Part shown: piece after piece, positions 62,699-64,000 of the stretch
How the letters are laid out: the number at the start of each line of letters is the position of its first letter
Position numbering within the stretch: the first letter of the stretch is position 1
Source of the DNA: Nitrospirota bacterium
GTDB taxonomy: Bacteria; Nitrospirota; UBA9217
Assembly: GCA_963754875.1 (NCBI GenBank)
Contig: CAVWHO010000011.1
Span: forward strand, 1 to 64,000
Direction of reading: 5' to 3'
Length of the DNA stretch: 64,000 nucleotides
Notes under the pieces: generated by a model
Databases searched by the model: none
Seen by the model: the letters and a program-made list of their open reading frames with translations, nothing else
What the model was told of the DNA's origin: nothing
Translations under genes and position numbers: made by a program

Positions 62699-63024
62699 CG
62701 TTCCCCTCCCATAGAAGCAATTAATCACGCCCTGTTTCTCTACATGATGAATCAAGGTTTTTGTGAGAAAAAACACCTGTAAAATCGGGCTCATCATAAC
62801 AAATTTGTCATGGAAGTGCAATGAAAAGTATGGTATAAATAGGGGTATTTTAAGGGTAGGAAATGATTTTTGCCTTGGAAAAGGCATCGGAAGTTCGGAT
62901 GCTGAGATACAGCAAATCACATTTTTTCAATAAGTTACAGAAAAGTAGCACTATCCTTTTGGAGTCTAGGAACTTGAAATCGAGCATACCATCATCTACA
63001 TCCAAGGAGAAGCAATAACGCACC

Positions 63025-63757
63025 ATGATCGCCCTCCTCTGCTCTGTTCAAGCTGAAGCAGAACATCTCCTGGCTTCTGCCACCGTGTCAGCAGGACCTC
63101 GACGATCGGGTCCAAGTCGATTATTGAGGGAACACTCGCCGATCAGTCGGGTCCTGCTCTGCATCGGAGGCATGGGCAAGGTCAATGCAGCTCATGCGGC
63201 GACGATTCTTTCGGGGTTTAACCCGGCAGCTATCGTCATCTTTGGAATAGGCGGAGCCTATCCTTCATCAAGCGCAAAAATCGGGGATGTCGTGATCGCA
63301 AAAGAAGAGATTGCCGGTGACGAAGGGGTGTTAACGCTTGATGGTTTTAAAGACACGGAATACATCGGCATCCCCCTGCTCAGAACCTCGACGTCGGTGA
63401 TTTATACTACCTACCCGGCACCGGAATCTTTGGTCAAACACGCTCTCCAAGCGGTCTTGACCCATCGGCAAGATCGACAGAAACACTGTGCATCTGGGGA
63501 CCTTCGTGACTCTGTCGACCTGCACCGGGACCACGGCGCGGGCACGGGACCTGGAAGAGCGTTATCACGGTCTTTGTGAAAACATGGAGGGAGCTGCCGT
63601 GGCGCAGGTGGCGGAACTCCACAACATTCCCTGGATCGAAGTGCGCGGGATTTCCAATATCGTGGAAGACCGCGATCTCCAAAAATGGGACATTCCCTCA
63701 GCAGCGCATGCGGCACAGCAAGCCGTTTTACACATTTTGGGAGGCTGGAGGCAATGA
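63025..63757 (+). CDS. mqnB: Futalosine hydrolase (apparent indels near 63090-63140 and 63480)
   Basis: GGMGKVNAA, GIGGAY, TLSTCTGT, ENMEGAAVA, VRGISN; overlaps the mqnD start. Confidence 0.85.
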
Positions 63758-64000
63758 CACAAACACTCACCATCGGCTATTCCCCGTGCCCGAATGATAC
63801 GTTTATCTTCTATGCACTTATTCACGGAAAAGTAAAAATCCCGGGTATTACATTTCGCGAGCAGTTGGAAGATGTCGAGACCCTGAACCGAATGGCGCTC
63901 GACAGCAAGCTCGATTTCACAAAAATCTCCTACCACGCATTAGGCCATCTCAGAAATCAGTATGCCCTGCTTCGCTCCGGCGGTGCACTGGGACGCGGCT
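63754..64000 (+). CDS. mqnD: 1,4-dihydroxy-6-naphthoate synthase (5' part; runs off the window)
   Basis: Manual translation: MTQTLTIGYSPCPNDTFIFYALIHG...EDVETLN...KISYHA...SGGALGRG. Confidence 0.92.
   Translation, partial: MTQTLTIGYSPCPNDTFIFYALIHGKVKIPGITFREQLEDVETLNRMALDSKLDFTKISYHALGHLRNQYALLRSGGALGRG

Noticed and set aside
460..63757. Mass pseudogenisation (frameshifts in amtB, gspN/L/E/D, etfA/B, fadE/N/D, mqnB and the omptin-like gene)
   Set aside because: Breaks look like isolated single-base indels with conserved sequence on both sides across unrelated pathways; long-read consensus error is the simpler explanation, though polishing is needed to confirm

Overview
Bacterial chromosomal window of moderately high GC. 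The gene repertoire resembles Nitrospirota/Desulfobacterota, which is an inference. In order: a sigma54-type porin-amtB-glnK operon; an omptin-like outer-membrane protein; a type II secretion operon (gspCDEFGHIJKL-[GxxExxY]-MN); peptidoglycan salvage genes (namZ, fused murU-amgK); a CCA-type nucleotidyltransferase and iaaA. An accessory block (about 25-43 kb) follows, with MepK/YcbK and an L,D-transpeptidase, a short-chain CHR pair, an ECF sigma/anti-sigma/TolC-MFP-MacB module split by an IS481-like element, several orphans and an IS110/IS1111 element. The window ends with a fatty-acid beta-oxidation cluster (fadD, fadN, fadA, fadE, fadH, thioesterase, MerR regulator, fadF-etfBA), aroCKB and divergent mqnB-mqnD. 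Many conserved genes carry single-base indels, most likely long-read consensus errors. Highlights: (1) the IS110 right-end non-coding region reads as a bridge RNA whose loops match the reconstructed target and part of the donor junction; (2) a 445-bp GxxExxY nuclease cassette with 29-bp inverted repeats has empty relatives elsewhere in the window; (3) heptamer tandem repeats occupy gsp intergenic gaps and the cleavable leader regions of all four minor pseudopilins.
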